Of a stretch of 29,390 nt of DNA, positions 17,508 through 26,753 are shown piece by piece. The translations under genes and the position numbers were made by a program. Origin of the DNA: Lacipirellulaceae bacterium. Its GTDB lineage: Bacteria > Planctomycetota > Planctomycetia > Pirellulales > Lacipirellulaceae. The stretch is from contig DATFGJ010000457.1 in the NCBI GenBank assembly GCA_035249585.1, forward strand, positions 1 to 29,390, read 5' to 3'. A model generated the notes under the pieces. That model ran no database searches. It was not told where the DNA came from and was given only the letters and a program-made list of their open reading frames with translations. Position 1 is the stretch's first letter. The number at the start of each line of letters is the position of its first letter.

Positions 17508-20360
17508 CTAGTCAACACGCGCAACCGTAATGGGATTCGATCGGCCTCCGGTCGGCACGACAATTTCAACCGCAATCGAGCGGCCGAACGTCAATTGATG
17601 TTCGTCGACGTCAAGCGACGCAGCTTGCTCTTCGCCGTGTTTTACGACGTATCGCCCGGTTGCCAGACCGCCGAGCCGCAATAGCGTGGTGTGCTCCGCC
17701 GTGTTGTCGCTTTCGAGCGAAAAGCGGGCCTTGCGCAGATCCTCTTGCAGAATAAGCGGTGTGTCGGAAGCGAAGCGGCCGTTGTCGAGTTCCAGATGCA
17801 GTTTGCGGTCGCCAAGAAGTGCATGGAATCGGCGACGGACACCATCCTTTGGGGTTACCTCAATGCCATCCTCGGTCGCCCGCCAATCGCCGCCGAAGCA
17901 GGTCCGGCCAAAGATCGGATCATCTGCGATCACTGTGCGGGCCGCGCGCAAGGCGCCACAGTAGCCCAGGTCGATCTCGCAGGCGTAGTACCACGAGCCG
18001 CGGTGGTGCGGCTGGCCGAGCCACGTGCGCCCGAAGGGCGCCGGTTCAAACCCGCCGCCGGCGCCGCCATCATTGGCCTGGCCCGGATACCAATAGCCGT
18101 AGTTCGACTCCGGAGTTCCCGTGTTCATGAGGGCCCAGGCGCTCAGAAATGAAGCATAGCCGAGCCTCAAGTGGGCGCTCGGGTCGGCCGCGAAGTGCAG
18201 GGCGTAATCCAGCACGGCCCAGCCACCCATCTGCGACATGTATGTCAGCGTGTACGAGTTGCCGCCGCTGCCGCGGTAGTCGCTTCCCAATAGGTAATAC
18301 GCCGGCTCAATCGATCCGCGGCAAAAAAGGTTCGCCGCGATCTGCTTCTCCAGGAATCGCTCAGCCGCTTCGAGCGCCTTTGGGCCATCCGCCCCGTTTT
18401 GATGTTTTGCCGCCTGCTGCATGGCGTACTTCGCGAGCGCGTGCGTCGATTCAAAGCCGGTGGAATCGAACGGGTACTCTGAGCGAAATAAGTCCGGCCG
18501 CCCATTGACGAAGAAGTCGACCTTTCGTTGCCAATGTTCGCGCAACGACTCGGCCTCGGCGGCCATTCCGGCGGCCGCGAGATCATCGATCAGATCCACG
18601 ATCACTAGTTCGTTATAGAACCCGGTGCGGTAGGCGCTCCATCGCTCGACCTCGTATGGCACGGTGAACAGCGCGATGGCGGTCCCGTACGCCCGCTGAA
18701 GATACTCGCGCGCAGGCAGTGCGGTCGTGATTTGCGGATGGCTCTTGGCCACGCGGTACATGCTGTGATACATCAAGATGATGTGCGGATAGTCGTAACA
18801 TCGCCAGATATGGAGCCGGCCGTTGCGCCCCGGGTCGTCGCTCTCGCGGTTGCGCTTCCAATCCTGGATGCCATAAATCGCGTAGGGGTACTTCTCGTCC
18901 GTTGTCATCTGCAGGCCGCCCCACACGAAGTGCTTGATGTAATAATCCAGGGCCTCGACTTCGCTTTGCAGCGGATGCTCAGCATTCTTAGCTGCCAGAA
19001 ACGCCGGCTTGCTCAATCCCGGGTCGTCGCAAGTGACGGCGTAAATGCGAAATCCGGAGATGCGGTCGTAGTTGTCCGGGCCCAATAGCACCTGGCTCTC
19101 GATGTTCCATTCGGCCAGGAGGCCGTTGTACCACCTCGTCGGATCGCGGTGCTGGCGGCGGGCAATGAACGCGCCGCGCTTTTTGATCAGCGTCTCAAGC
19201 GGCTCCGCGACGAAGAACTCCAAGTGCATTTGACGGTTGTCGCCGTAGCGCACCGTCAGCCGATTCTCGCCCAGTTTGCGAAAGCGAACCTGGTACAGCT
19301 GATAGTCGCCGCGCGGAGCCTGCTGCACGATTTCCGTCATATCCGAATACTCGGCGTCGATCGCGTGAATGGCATGCTCCGTCCGCAGGGCGAACTGCGC
19401 GAAGAGATCGCTGGGCACGGTCATCCCGGGAACGACGTGGACATCGACCAGGCCTTCGTCGACAAGCGTTTGTCGAATGCCGTCCTCGCCCTCGGCCCAG
19501 CGGAATTTCAGGCCGTAGGTTTTCGCGTCGCCCGCTTGGCCTTTGGGTGCCAGCGAGAGACTGGTGTGCGGCTGGCGCCAATTGCATCCGTGAGCTTTGG
19601 CCACGGCGCCGGCTGCTGTCGAGTGGATGTACGCGTGGAACACCCGCCGCGCTCGACTCGCGACGCCGCTCGCGCTTGCGTCGCTCGCGGCCTGGGCGTC
19701 CGGTAGCTGCTGCGAGCCAGTATCCCAGTACTCGAAGTGCGTGTTCTCTGCCGGCGTCAGCATTAAAGTGGGACCGGCACTGTCCGATCGGGTCCAAAAT
19801 ACAAACGAGGCGTGCCCGGAGATGAAGCTGTGCTTCATGAGCATCGGGCCTCTGGATCGTACGCGACCGCGGCCAAACGGCGAGCTGATCGGCAGCGGCA
19901 GGGCAAGGTCGCCGATTTCGAGCAGCCCGTCCGACACGTTTTGCAGGCCGATGTTCCAGGAAATCGAATCTTCGTCGATCGCAAGGCGACTTTCAATTTC
20001 AAGCGCTGGCGATTGACCGTCCGTCAATCGATAGGTTAACCCACCGGAGGAAGAAATCTCTAATCTGTCGTCGACGGATTGGGCGATCTGTGAAGTCTCG
20101 GCGACGCGCCAATCACTCTCGCCTGCCTTGCGCCATCGCAGAACGATATCGCCCAATCGGCGACCCTCAGGAAGATATTGGACGTCGCCGCGATCACCGT
20201 GGCGCCGCAAGCTGACAATGGCGCCCTTGTCGAATTGCACATCGAATTGCGATTGCACGGAAGCCGCCTGGAGCGGTCGGTGGTCTGGTTGAACCGCACC
20301 CAACGCGGCCGTGCCGACGATGCTAATGGCGCTGGCAAGACCGGGAATTCGGATTCCCAT
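17508..20360 (-). CDS. DUF5695-like secreted protein, putative glycoside hydrolase of unknown specificity
   Basis: Signal-like N-terminus from ATG 20360. Segments VWGGLQ, WRCYDYPH, SEYPFDSTGFES, YMSQMGGW and EIDLG match my recollection of DUF5695; not verified by HMM. Confidence 0.7.
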   Translation of the reverse strand: MGIRIPGLASAISIVGTAALGAVQPDHRPLQAASVQSQFDVQFDKGAIVSLRRHGDRGDVQYLPEGRRLGDIVLRWRKAGESDWRVAETSQIAQSVDDRLEISSSGGLTYRLTDGQSPALEIESRLAIDEDSISWNIGLQNVSDGLLEIGDLALPLPISSPFGRGRVRSRGPMLMKHSFISGHASFVFWTRSDSAGPTLMLTPAENTHFEYWDTGSQQLPDAQAASDASASGVASRARRVFHAYIHSTAAGAVAKAHGCNWRQPHTSLSLAPKGQAGDAKTYGLKFRWAEGEDGIRQTLVDEGLVDVHVVPGMTVPSDLFAQFALRTEHAIHAIDAEYSDMTEIVQQAPRGDYQLYQVRFRKLGENRLTVRYGDNRQMHLEFFVAEPLETLIKKRGAFIARRQHRDPTRWYNGLLAEWNIESQVLLGPDNYDRISGFRIYAVTCDDPGLSKPAFLAAKNAEHPLQSEVEALDYYIKHFVWGGLQMTTDEKYPYAIYGIQDWKRNRESDDPGRNGRLHIWRCYDYPHIILMYHSMYRVAKSHPQITTALPAREYLQRAYGTAIALFTVPYEVERWSAYRTGFYNELVIVDLIDDLAAAGMAAEAESLREHWQRKVDFFVNGRPDLFRSEYPFDSTGFESTHALAKYAMQQAAKHQNGADGPKALEAAERFLEKQIAANLFCRGSIEPAYYLLGSDYRGSGGNSYTLTYMSQMGGWAVLDYALHFAADPSAHLRLGYASFLSAWALMNTGTPESNYGYWYPGQANDGGAGGGFEPAPFGRTWLGQPHHRGSWYYACEIDLGYCGALRAARTVIADDPIFGRTCFGGDWRATEDGIEVTPKDGVRRRFHALLGDRKLHLELDNGRFASDTPLILQEDLRKARFSLESDNTAEHTTLLRLGGLATGRYVVKHGEEQAASLDVDEHQLTFGRSIAVEIVVPTGGRSNPITVARVD

Positions 20361-20378
20361 GCCGCGCCGGAGTGTTTG

Positions 20379-20655
20379 ACCACGAAGAACACAAAGAATC
20401 GCGAAAAGTCCAAAGTTAAACATTCTTCTGTTGCTATTTGCCGACTTCCAAACGGTGTAAACGGAACGCGGCACGCAGAGGCCTGCGGCGAACTCCGCCG
20501 AGCGGCGCGGAGATCGCGGAGGTAGTACCCACTAATTTCCGCTAATCCTCACTGATTGCTGATTAGTGCTGATTAGCGGCAATTAATGTTCCACTCATCT
20601 TTTGCACTGAATTTATTACTGTGCTGCTCTGCGTCCTCGGCGCCTCCGCGTGAGA
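20379..20655. repeat. Mosaic of intergenic palindromic repeats (nested hairpins)
   Basis: Half element ACCACGAAGAACACAAAG at 20379. Outer CACGCAGAGG-type arms at 20472-20521 and 20627-20655. Inner CACTAAT-type hairpin with arms 20530-20556 and 20562-20588. Confidence 0.75.
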
Positions 20656-20665
20656 ACTTATCATG

Positions 20666-22258
20666 CTATTGATTGTCGCGTTGTGCTGGCTCGAAGCGCC
20701 AATCGACGTGGCCGCCGTAGGCCATTGTCTCGTGCACGACGTCGTACAACTCGGCGTCGTATTTTTGCAGCGCGTTGCGCGTAGTGATTGGAAAATCGGC
20801 GTCGTTGGGGGCTGCTTCCTGCCCTGCGGCGTCAAAGTACGCCAGCACGCCGGCGCACCAGTAGTCGGCGCTGCTTTGGACGGCACCGGTGCCTTTCCAT
20901 TTGCCTTTTTCAATCGCGGCTTTGAACAGTTCGTCGACCTTTGCTCCGAACCGCTCATCGAGCCGCTCGACGCGCAGCTCGTATTGCTGCACGTTGCGGC
21001 CTCGGTTGCTGAAATCGGGATCGGCTGGCCGGGTGCCAGTAACTTGATACAGGGCGTCAGCGAAGGCCCGAATTACCTGGTTGTTGCCTACGCCGGGATC
21101 GCGCGGATCGCCCAGTACATTTTCCTCGCCGACCACGAGCAGCTTGGTCTCCGGTGAATAGTCAAACGTTCGAGCAAGGCGGTCGACATCTTTGCCGTTG
21201 GCGTCTTTGAACTCGGGCAAATCGGCCAAGCTTTCTTCATGGCCGAGCACGACAAGCTTCACGCCGTCGGCAATAAGCGGCTTAAGCACGTCATGCCGGT
21301 AGGCGAACATCTTGCGGATCGTGTCGTTGGCCTTGATAAGCGCCTCATCGCTTGCTTCGCGCCCGAGCACCGTGAATTCGCGGGCCCATGTGAACTTCGT
21401 GTAATAAGGATCAATTTTGAACTTCGCAGGCGGCGCCATGACATTCGGCAGCTTCTGGACCCAGCTGTATCGCCAATCTTGCTCCGGTGCCAATCGAAAG
21501 ATCGACCGACAAAGCTCGTAACCTTCCGGATCGTAAGCTTTGAGCTGCTCGCGGTTGGCCACGGGCCCGTGGTTCCAGTTGTTGACGCGGTTGCAATCGA
21601 AATAAGCCTGGCCGATTTCGGCCCAATACTCGCCCGGGTTGCTGCCCGCATACGCGTTCTTGTACAGGCCTTTTTCGATCGCATTTCGGTAGGCCGCGTT
21701 TCGGCGGTCGCTCCAATCGGGGTCGATCGAGCGCAGCGCCCCGTCGATCGTGTGGCAGAATTCATGCACGCCGATGCTTTCGTCATCATACCTGTCGAGT
21801 GGCAGGCTAAGCAGGTTCTCCTCGCCGAAGCTTGTGGGCCTGCCGCCAGTGCCGCGCACGCGCTCATTCAAGTAATCGGGGTTGCGCGCGTTGCGGTACT
21901 CGGGCATGTCTGTGTACAGCTGGTCCTTGCCGATGATGATGAGATACATCTCGTTCTCTTTCATCGCGTCGACAATGTCGGGCCGGCCGGCCAGCATGTG
22001 GCTTACGATCTCGTGCGTGCGCACAAGTGCCCGGTCGTCGACCTCGCCGGCGGCGACGACGGGCATTCCATCGACGTCGACGTATTTTTTGTAAAAATCG
22101 CGGGCCGCGTCGCGGTCCCGGCTGCGCACCATTGCGAAGAACGATTCGGGCGGCGGCGAAATCACTTTCGGCTCGTCGGAGGCGCGCGCCATCGATGGAC
22201 CAAAGAACACTGCCGCAGCGACGGCGACAAAAATGCTGTTTCGAGTCACGAATGTCAT
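20666..22258 (-). CDS. Secreted protein with two tandem zincin-like domains (first has HEXXH, second is degenerate)
   Basis: Signal peptide ending MARA. Domain 1: GEENLL, HEFCH (21752-21766), EYWAE. Domain 2: GEENVL, with RAFAD and DYWCAG at the equivalent positions. Confidence 0.8.
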   Translation of the reverse strand: MTFVTRNSIFVAVAAAVFFGPSMARASDEPKVISPPPESFFAMVRSRDRDAARDFYKKYVDVDGMPVVAAGEVDDRALVRTHEIVSHMLAGRPDIVDAMKENEMYLIIIGKDQLYTDMPEYRNARNPDYLNERVRGTGGRPTSFGEENLLSLPLDRYDDESIGVHEFCHTIDGALRSIDPDWSDRRNAAYRNAIEKGLYKNAYAGSNPGEYWAEIGQAYFDCNRVNNWNHGPVANREQLKAYDPEGYELCRSIFRLAPEQDWRYSWVQKLPNVMAPPAKFKIDPYYTKFTWAREFTVLGREASDEALIKANDTIRKMFAYRHDVLKPLIADGVKLVVLGHEESLADLPEFKDANGKDVDRLARTFDYSPETKLLVVGEENVLGDPRDPGVGNNQVIRAFADALYQVTGTRPADPDFSNRGRNVQQYELRVERLDERFGAKVDELFKAAIEKGKWKGTGAVQSSADYWCAGVLAYFDAAGQEAAPNDADFPITTRNALQKYDAELYDVVHETMAYGGHVDWRFEPAQRDNQ

Positions 22259-22350
22259 GGTTCGACTCTGAGTACAAGGATGTCGTGTCATTGGCAGCGG
22301 CGGCCCGTAGGATCGCTGGCATTCATTCCATCAAAACGCCGCCCCTGGCG

Positions 22351-24126
22351 TTAGCCACTGAAGTACACATATGCAGCAATAATCGCCGCAATCACTACGC
22401 AGGACGCAATCACGTCGATTGCATTCCAACTGCGCCGCGAAATGCGGCGATCGTCGTCGGTTACCGTGCCGTAGGTAAGGCCCTGAATTTGCCGCGCGTC
22501 GGGGGCCGCAGTCATGAGGCTGACGGCAATCATCACGGCCGACGACACCAGAAAAATCAACAGGCTGTAATATTGGAAGTAAATGTTATTGACGATCCAC
22601 AGGAGCGTTCCAGGTTCATAGCCGGCTTTCAGCCCTAAGCTGATCGGCGTGTCGACGACCAGCCGGAACGCGCCCATTGCGAAGCCAACGATTAATGCGG
22701 CCAGGCAGCCCGCCGCATTTAGCCGCTTCCAGAAGACGCCCAGAAAGAACACGACGAATATCGGCGGCGCCAGGTAGCCCTGCACGGCTTGCAGGTAAAA
22801 GTACAGCCCGCGATCGGCATTCTTAATGATGGGAATCCACGCCAGCGCGATGAGCGTCATCGCCACGGTGGCGAGCCGGCCGACCCACACCAGCCGCTGC
22901 TCGGACGCATTTGGGCGGAATTTCTGATAGAGGTCGATCGTAAACAGCGTCGACGATGCGTTGAACGCTCCGGCCAACGAGCTCATCAGCGCCGCCAGCA
23001 GGCCGGCCACGACGGCGCCCCGAACGCCGCTCGGCAGCAGGTGCTTGACCATGAGTGGAAACGCGGCCTGTGATTCGGCGCGAAGCGCCCGGCCGTTTTC
23101 ATCCACCAGGCCGCCAAGCTCAGGCACCTTGCCGGTCGTCGCCAATGCGAAGCAAATGATGCCGGGGATGATAAAGATGAACACCGGCAGGAGTTTCAAA
23201 AACGCGGCGAAAATGCTGCCGCGGCGGGCCTCTGTTTCATTCGACGCGCCCAGCGCCCGCTGCACGATGTATTGGTCGGTGCACCAGTACCACAGGCCGA
23301 TGATCGGCGCACACAGCAGCATGCCTACCCATGGATAATTCTCGTTGAAGTACCAGGCTTGCTCGACGAGCCTTCCGCTGGCGTCGCGCGTTTCCACCGG
23401 CGCCCACGTTGTTTCCAGGCCCGCGGGCACGATCGGCTTCCAGAGGTTAAACATTTCCGAGCCGACGATCTCGCGCAGCTCCTGCCAGCCGCCGACCGCC
23501 TTTAGGCCGAAAATTGTGACGAGGACGGATCCAAGAATGAGAATGATCGTTTGCAGGGCTTCGGTGTAGGCGACGGCGCGCATACCGCCAAGGACGGTGT
23601 ACAGCCCGGTGAGAAGCACCACCAGCACCGAACCGATCCAGAAGCTGTCGAGCTCAAATGAACCGATCTTGTAGTTCAATTCGGGCAGTAGTGCGGCCGA
23701 CACAATGCCGCCCGCAAAAATGCCGACGGCGATTTTTGTAATCACGTACGCCACGAGCGAAATGATGGAAAGTACCCAGCGTGCCGTCGCCGAGAACCGG
23801 CGCTCCAAAAACTCCGGCATCGTGAAAACTTTCGAGCGCATGTAGAACGGGATCATGACCCAGGCCAGCACCAACAGGCACCACGCGTGCAGCTCGAAAT
23901 GGGCCATGGCCACGCCATCGGTAGCGCCCGAGCCGGCGAGGCCGACAAGGTGCTCGGATCCAATGTTCGACGCGAAGATCGAGGCACCGATCACGAACCA
24001 GCCCAGGTGGCGGCCCGCAAGAAAGTAATCCGCGGCCGTGTTCTTGCTCTGCAGAATCACCCACCACGCCAGGCCTAGTACCAGGGCGAAATACGCGGCA
24101 ACAACGATCCAGTCGAGTGCATCCAC
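22351..24126 (-). CDS. Sodium:solute symporter (SGLT-like sugar transporter)
   Basis: DYFLAGR, FASNIGSEHLVGLAG, WYWCTDQYIVQRAL, LLAALMSSLA, and many TM helices. Start uncertain; GTG 24126 chosen because the upstream gene ends at 24164. Confidence 0.93.
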   Translation of the reverse strand: MDALDWIVVAAYFALVLGLAWWVILQSKNTAADYFLAGRHLGWFVIGASIFASNIGSEHLVGLAGSGATDGVAMAHFELHAWCLLVLAWVMIPFYMRSKVFTMPEFLERRFSATARWVLSIISLVAYVITKIAVGIFAGGIVSAALLPELNYKIGSFELDSFWIGSVLVVLLTGLYTVLGGMRAVAYTEALQTIILILGSVLVTIFGLKAVGGWQELREIVGSEMFNLWKPIVPAGLETTWAPVETRDASGRLVEQAWYFNENYPWVGMLLCAPIIGLWYWCTDQYIVQRALGASNETEARRGSIFAAFLKLLPVFIFIIPGIICFALATTGKVPELGGLVDENGRALRAESQAAFPLMVKHLLPSGVRGAVVAGLLAALMSSLAGAFNASSTLFTIDLYQKFRPNASEQRLVWVGRLATVAMTLIALAWIPIIKNADRGLYFYLQAVQGYLAPPIFVVFFLGVFWKRLNAAGCLAALIVGFAMGAFRLVVDTPISLGLKAGYEPGTLLWIVNNIYFQYYSLLIFLVSSAVMIAVSLMTAAPDARQIQGLTYGTVTDDDRRISRRSWNAIDVIASCVVIAAIIAAYVYFSG

Positions 24127-24163
24127 GAGTAGAGCTTGAGATTGGCGTATGAAAGAAAAATGG

Positions 24164-26659
24164 TTACCGCTCTGCGTTCGCGCGAATAATCCGCACGCCG
24201 AACACAGGACCGATTGCGCTGCCTTCCGTCGTATCAAAGCGAACCGTGACTTTTTCTTTTCCTTCAACCACGGCTGCCGGAATCGGATATTCGGCGTCGT
24301 AAAACTGCGCTGGGCTTTCCCGTTTCACGGTTTCTTGCGTTGCGATCTGCTCGCCATCGACCGATATATCGAACTTCGGCTCACGCTGGCGCTGGCCGCT
24401 GTGATAAGTCACTACCAGCAGCTGCGGCTGAGATGCGTCAACGGGGAGATCGAAGGAAAACCAATCCCGCCCGACTCGCCCGGCACGGCCCGATTCGCGC
24501 ACCGGCCAGGTCTCCTCGCCCTGGAAATTCACATCGCGCTCGGCCTGCATTTCGCCCGGCTGCGCGAACGCCACGGTGGCCGCTTCGAGCTTTTCGAGTC
24601 GCTCGCGCTCGGCGGCAATCATCGCCTTACGGTCTTCCCACTGCGAAGGAGTGAACACATCCCAGTAGGCCGCGTACAATCGGCGGTGCAGGCGATAAAA
24701 CGGCACGAGATCGACATCGCGCTCCCGTCCGACGCCCGCGCTGCGAAAGTTTCCGGCAGTTGCCTCGTTAGGCTGGACCCATTCGTCGACTGGTTTATCC
24801 GCCGCCACGAACACCGGCACCTGTGGGGCCCCTCGGCGCTCGCCACGCTCGCGGCGCCGACCCCGGCCGCGTTCACGGCCCGGGCCAAGGTCGCCGGCCA
24901 GCACGAGCGGCCCCCACATCACGGCCACCCGCTGCGGATTATCGGGCAACGGCTCCAAGCGCAGCGTTTTCAGCAGCTTCAGCTCAACCGCGTCGCCGGT
25001 TTTCCACGTGCGCGAAATCTCCACGTACGAACCGGCCTCCGCCGTTGCGGAAATTGCTTCTCCATTGACTGAAACCATGAATCCCTCGCTCGCCCATTTT
25101 GGCCGGCGCACGGCAAGCGTGAACTCCTTTGGTGAATCGACCGTCAACGTGACCTTCGCCGATTCACCTTCGGGAAAGTCGGTTTCCGTCGTAATTGTTA
25201 CGCCGGCTGCTTCCCAGTTGGCGGTCGACGGCGCGTAGATGTTAATCCAAAGTTTCTCGCCGTTTTCGTAGTAAATCCCATCGCCATGCAGCGCATGGCT
25301 CTCCATGCCCGAGCCGACACAACACGTGAAGCTCTGGAACATGCCCTGATATTCGCGCTGCACGCCCATGCCTACCGGCACCATGTAGCACGTGCTGCCA
25401 TCGGCCGGATCGATCGAGCCGAGGATGTGATTGAACAGCGCCCGCTCGTGAAACTCTGCATATTTCGCATTCGGCTCGAGCGCGAACAGCTTGCGCGTGA
25501 GCTTGAGCATGTTGTACACGTTGCAGGTTTCGGCGGTGCGGCCGTCGATGCGGTCGCTCAACTTGTCCGGCTCGCCGAAGTATTCGTCCTTGCCGTGCCC
25601 GCCGGTGGCGAAGCTGTGGTGATGGGCGACGCACTCCCAGAAGAAGCGAGCCGCAGTCAAGTCGTCCGCCTGGCCGGCGGCCGCATAACGTGCCAATGAG
25701 CCGATAAGCTTCGGCACTTGCGTGTTGCCGTGCTTGCCGGCCAGGTTGTCTTCGCCTTTCTTGAGCGGCTCGATAAACGACTTGTGCTCGAACTTGTAGG
25801 AAAAGTCGAGCCAGCGCTTATCGCCCGTGTCGACGTACAGGTCGACGAAAATCTCGTTCATCCCGCCGAACTCGGTGTTCAGCATGCGCTGAATCTGCTC
25901 GTCATTGAGCGGCGCCAAAATCTTCTCGGCCCATTCGGCGAATTTGATCTCAACCTCTAAGGCGGTCTTATTGCCCGCGAAGCGGTAAGCGTCGCGCAGG
26001 CCGGCATACGTCTTGTGCAGCGTGTACCACGGCGACCACATGCCGTTGAGATCGAAGCCGCTGGAGCGAATCTCGCCGCGCGAAAGTTGCTCAAACAATT
26101 CCTTGCCATCGGCCAGATTCTCGGGCCTCGGCCGGCCGCGTCCGCCACGCACGCCCGGCTTGTTGCCCAACAGCGCGCCGAGATAGCCGTCGCCGTGCTT
26201 ATCTTGAACCTCCTTCATTTCTTTGACGAGATAATCGGCGCGCTCCTTGAACCGCTTGTCGCCCGTGGCGGCATACATGAGACTCACCGCCGAGAGATAG
26301 TGCCCGGCGATATGCCCGGTGAGCTGCCGGCTTTCAACTGCGTCCCAACCGCCATAGCCTTCGGCCTTCGGTGCAAGGCCCGCTCGCACCCGGTAGCCGG
26401 CCATCATCCGGTCCGGCTCGAGTTCCAACAAATACGTGGCCGTCGCGTCCTGCGCCGCTTTGAGCGGCCCGCCGGTGAGCCGCACCGCGGAAAGCGGTAG
26501 CGGCCGAGCTTTATCCGGGACGGCCGGCGTGATTGGGTGGCCCATCAAGCGCGTGACGAACAATATGGTGCACGCCAGCGAGATCGAAGTCGTTGATCGC
26601 GCCGGTCTCGGAGTAATTCGACATGCAATGGCAAAACCAGCAAGATACGCTCTGTTCAT
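24164..26659 (-). CDS. GH127/GH146-type beta-L-arabinofuranosidase (DUF1680) with C-terminal accessory domains
   Basis: LTGHIAGHYLSA, SPWYTLHK, EFGGMNE, HGNTQVPK, ETCNVYNMLKL, YAEFHERALFNHIL and the Cys motif FTCCVGSGME. Confidence 0.9.
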   Translation of the reverse strand: MNRAYLAGFAIACRITPRPARSTTSISLACTILFVTRLMGHPITPAVPDKARPLPLSAVRLTGGPLKAAQDATATYLLELEPDRMMAGYRVRAGLAPKAEGYGGWDAVESRQLTGHIAGHYLSAVSLMYAATGDKRFKERADYLVKEMKEVQDKHGDGYLGALLGNKPGVRGGRGRPRPENLADGKELFEQLSRGEIRSSGFDLNGMWSPWYTLHKTYAGLRDAYRFAGNKTALEVEIKFAEWAEKILAPLNDEQIQRMLNTEFGGMNEIFVDLYVDTGDKRWLDFSYKFEHKSFIEPLKKGEDNLAGKHGNTQVPKLIGSLARYAAAGQADDLTAARFFWECVAHHHSFATGGHGKDEYFGEPDKLSDRIDGRTAETCNVYNMLKLTRKLFALEPNAKYAEFHERALFNHILGSIDPADGSTCYMVPVGMGVQREYQGMFQSFTCCVGSGMESHALHGDGIYYENGEKLWINIYAPSTANWEAAGVTITTETDFPEGESAKVTLTVDSPKEFTLAVRRPKWASEGFMVSVNGEAISATAEAGSYVEISRTWKTGDAVELKLLKTLRLEPLPDNPQRVAVMWGPLVLAGDLGPGRERGRGRRRERGERRGAPQVPVFVAADKPVDEWVQPNEATAGNFRSAGVGRERDVDLVPFYRLHRRLYAAYWDVFTPSQWEDRKAMIAAERERLEKLEAATVAFAQPGEMQAERDVNFQGEETWPVRESGRAGRVGRDWFSFDLPVDASQPQLLVVTYHSGQRQREPKFDISVDGEQIATQETVKRESPAQFYDAEYPIPAAVVEGKEKVTVRFDTTEGSAIGPVFGVRIIRANAER

Positions 26660-26753
26660 AATGAACTCTTTCGTGGAACTTTGCCCATCGCTCGCGGTAT
26701 TTCAGCGCGCCGCAAAAACCATCCTACGTCTCACGCCTTTTTCGAGACGAGCA

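Noticed and set aside
21239-22354. 371-aa plus-strand ORF and other short overlapping ORFs in the track
   Set aside because: They overlap well-supported genes on the opposite strand or in another frame and lack motifs.
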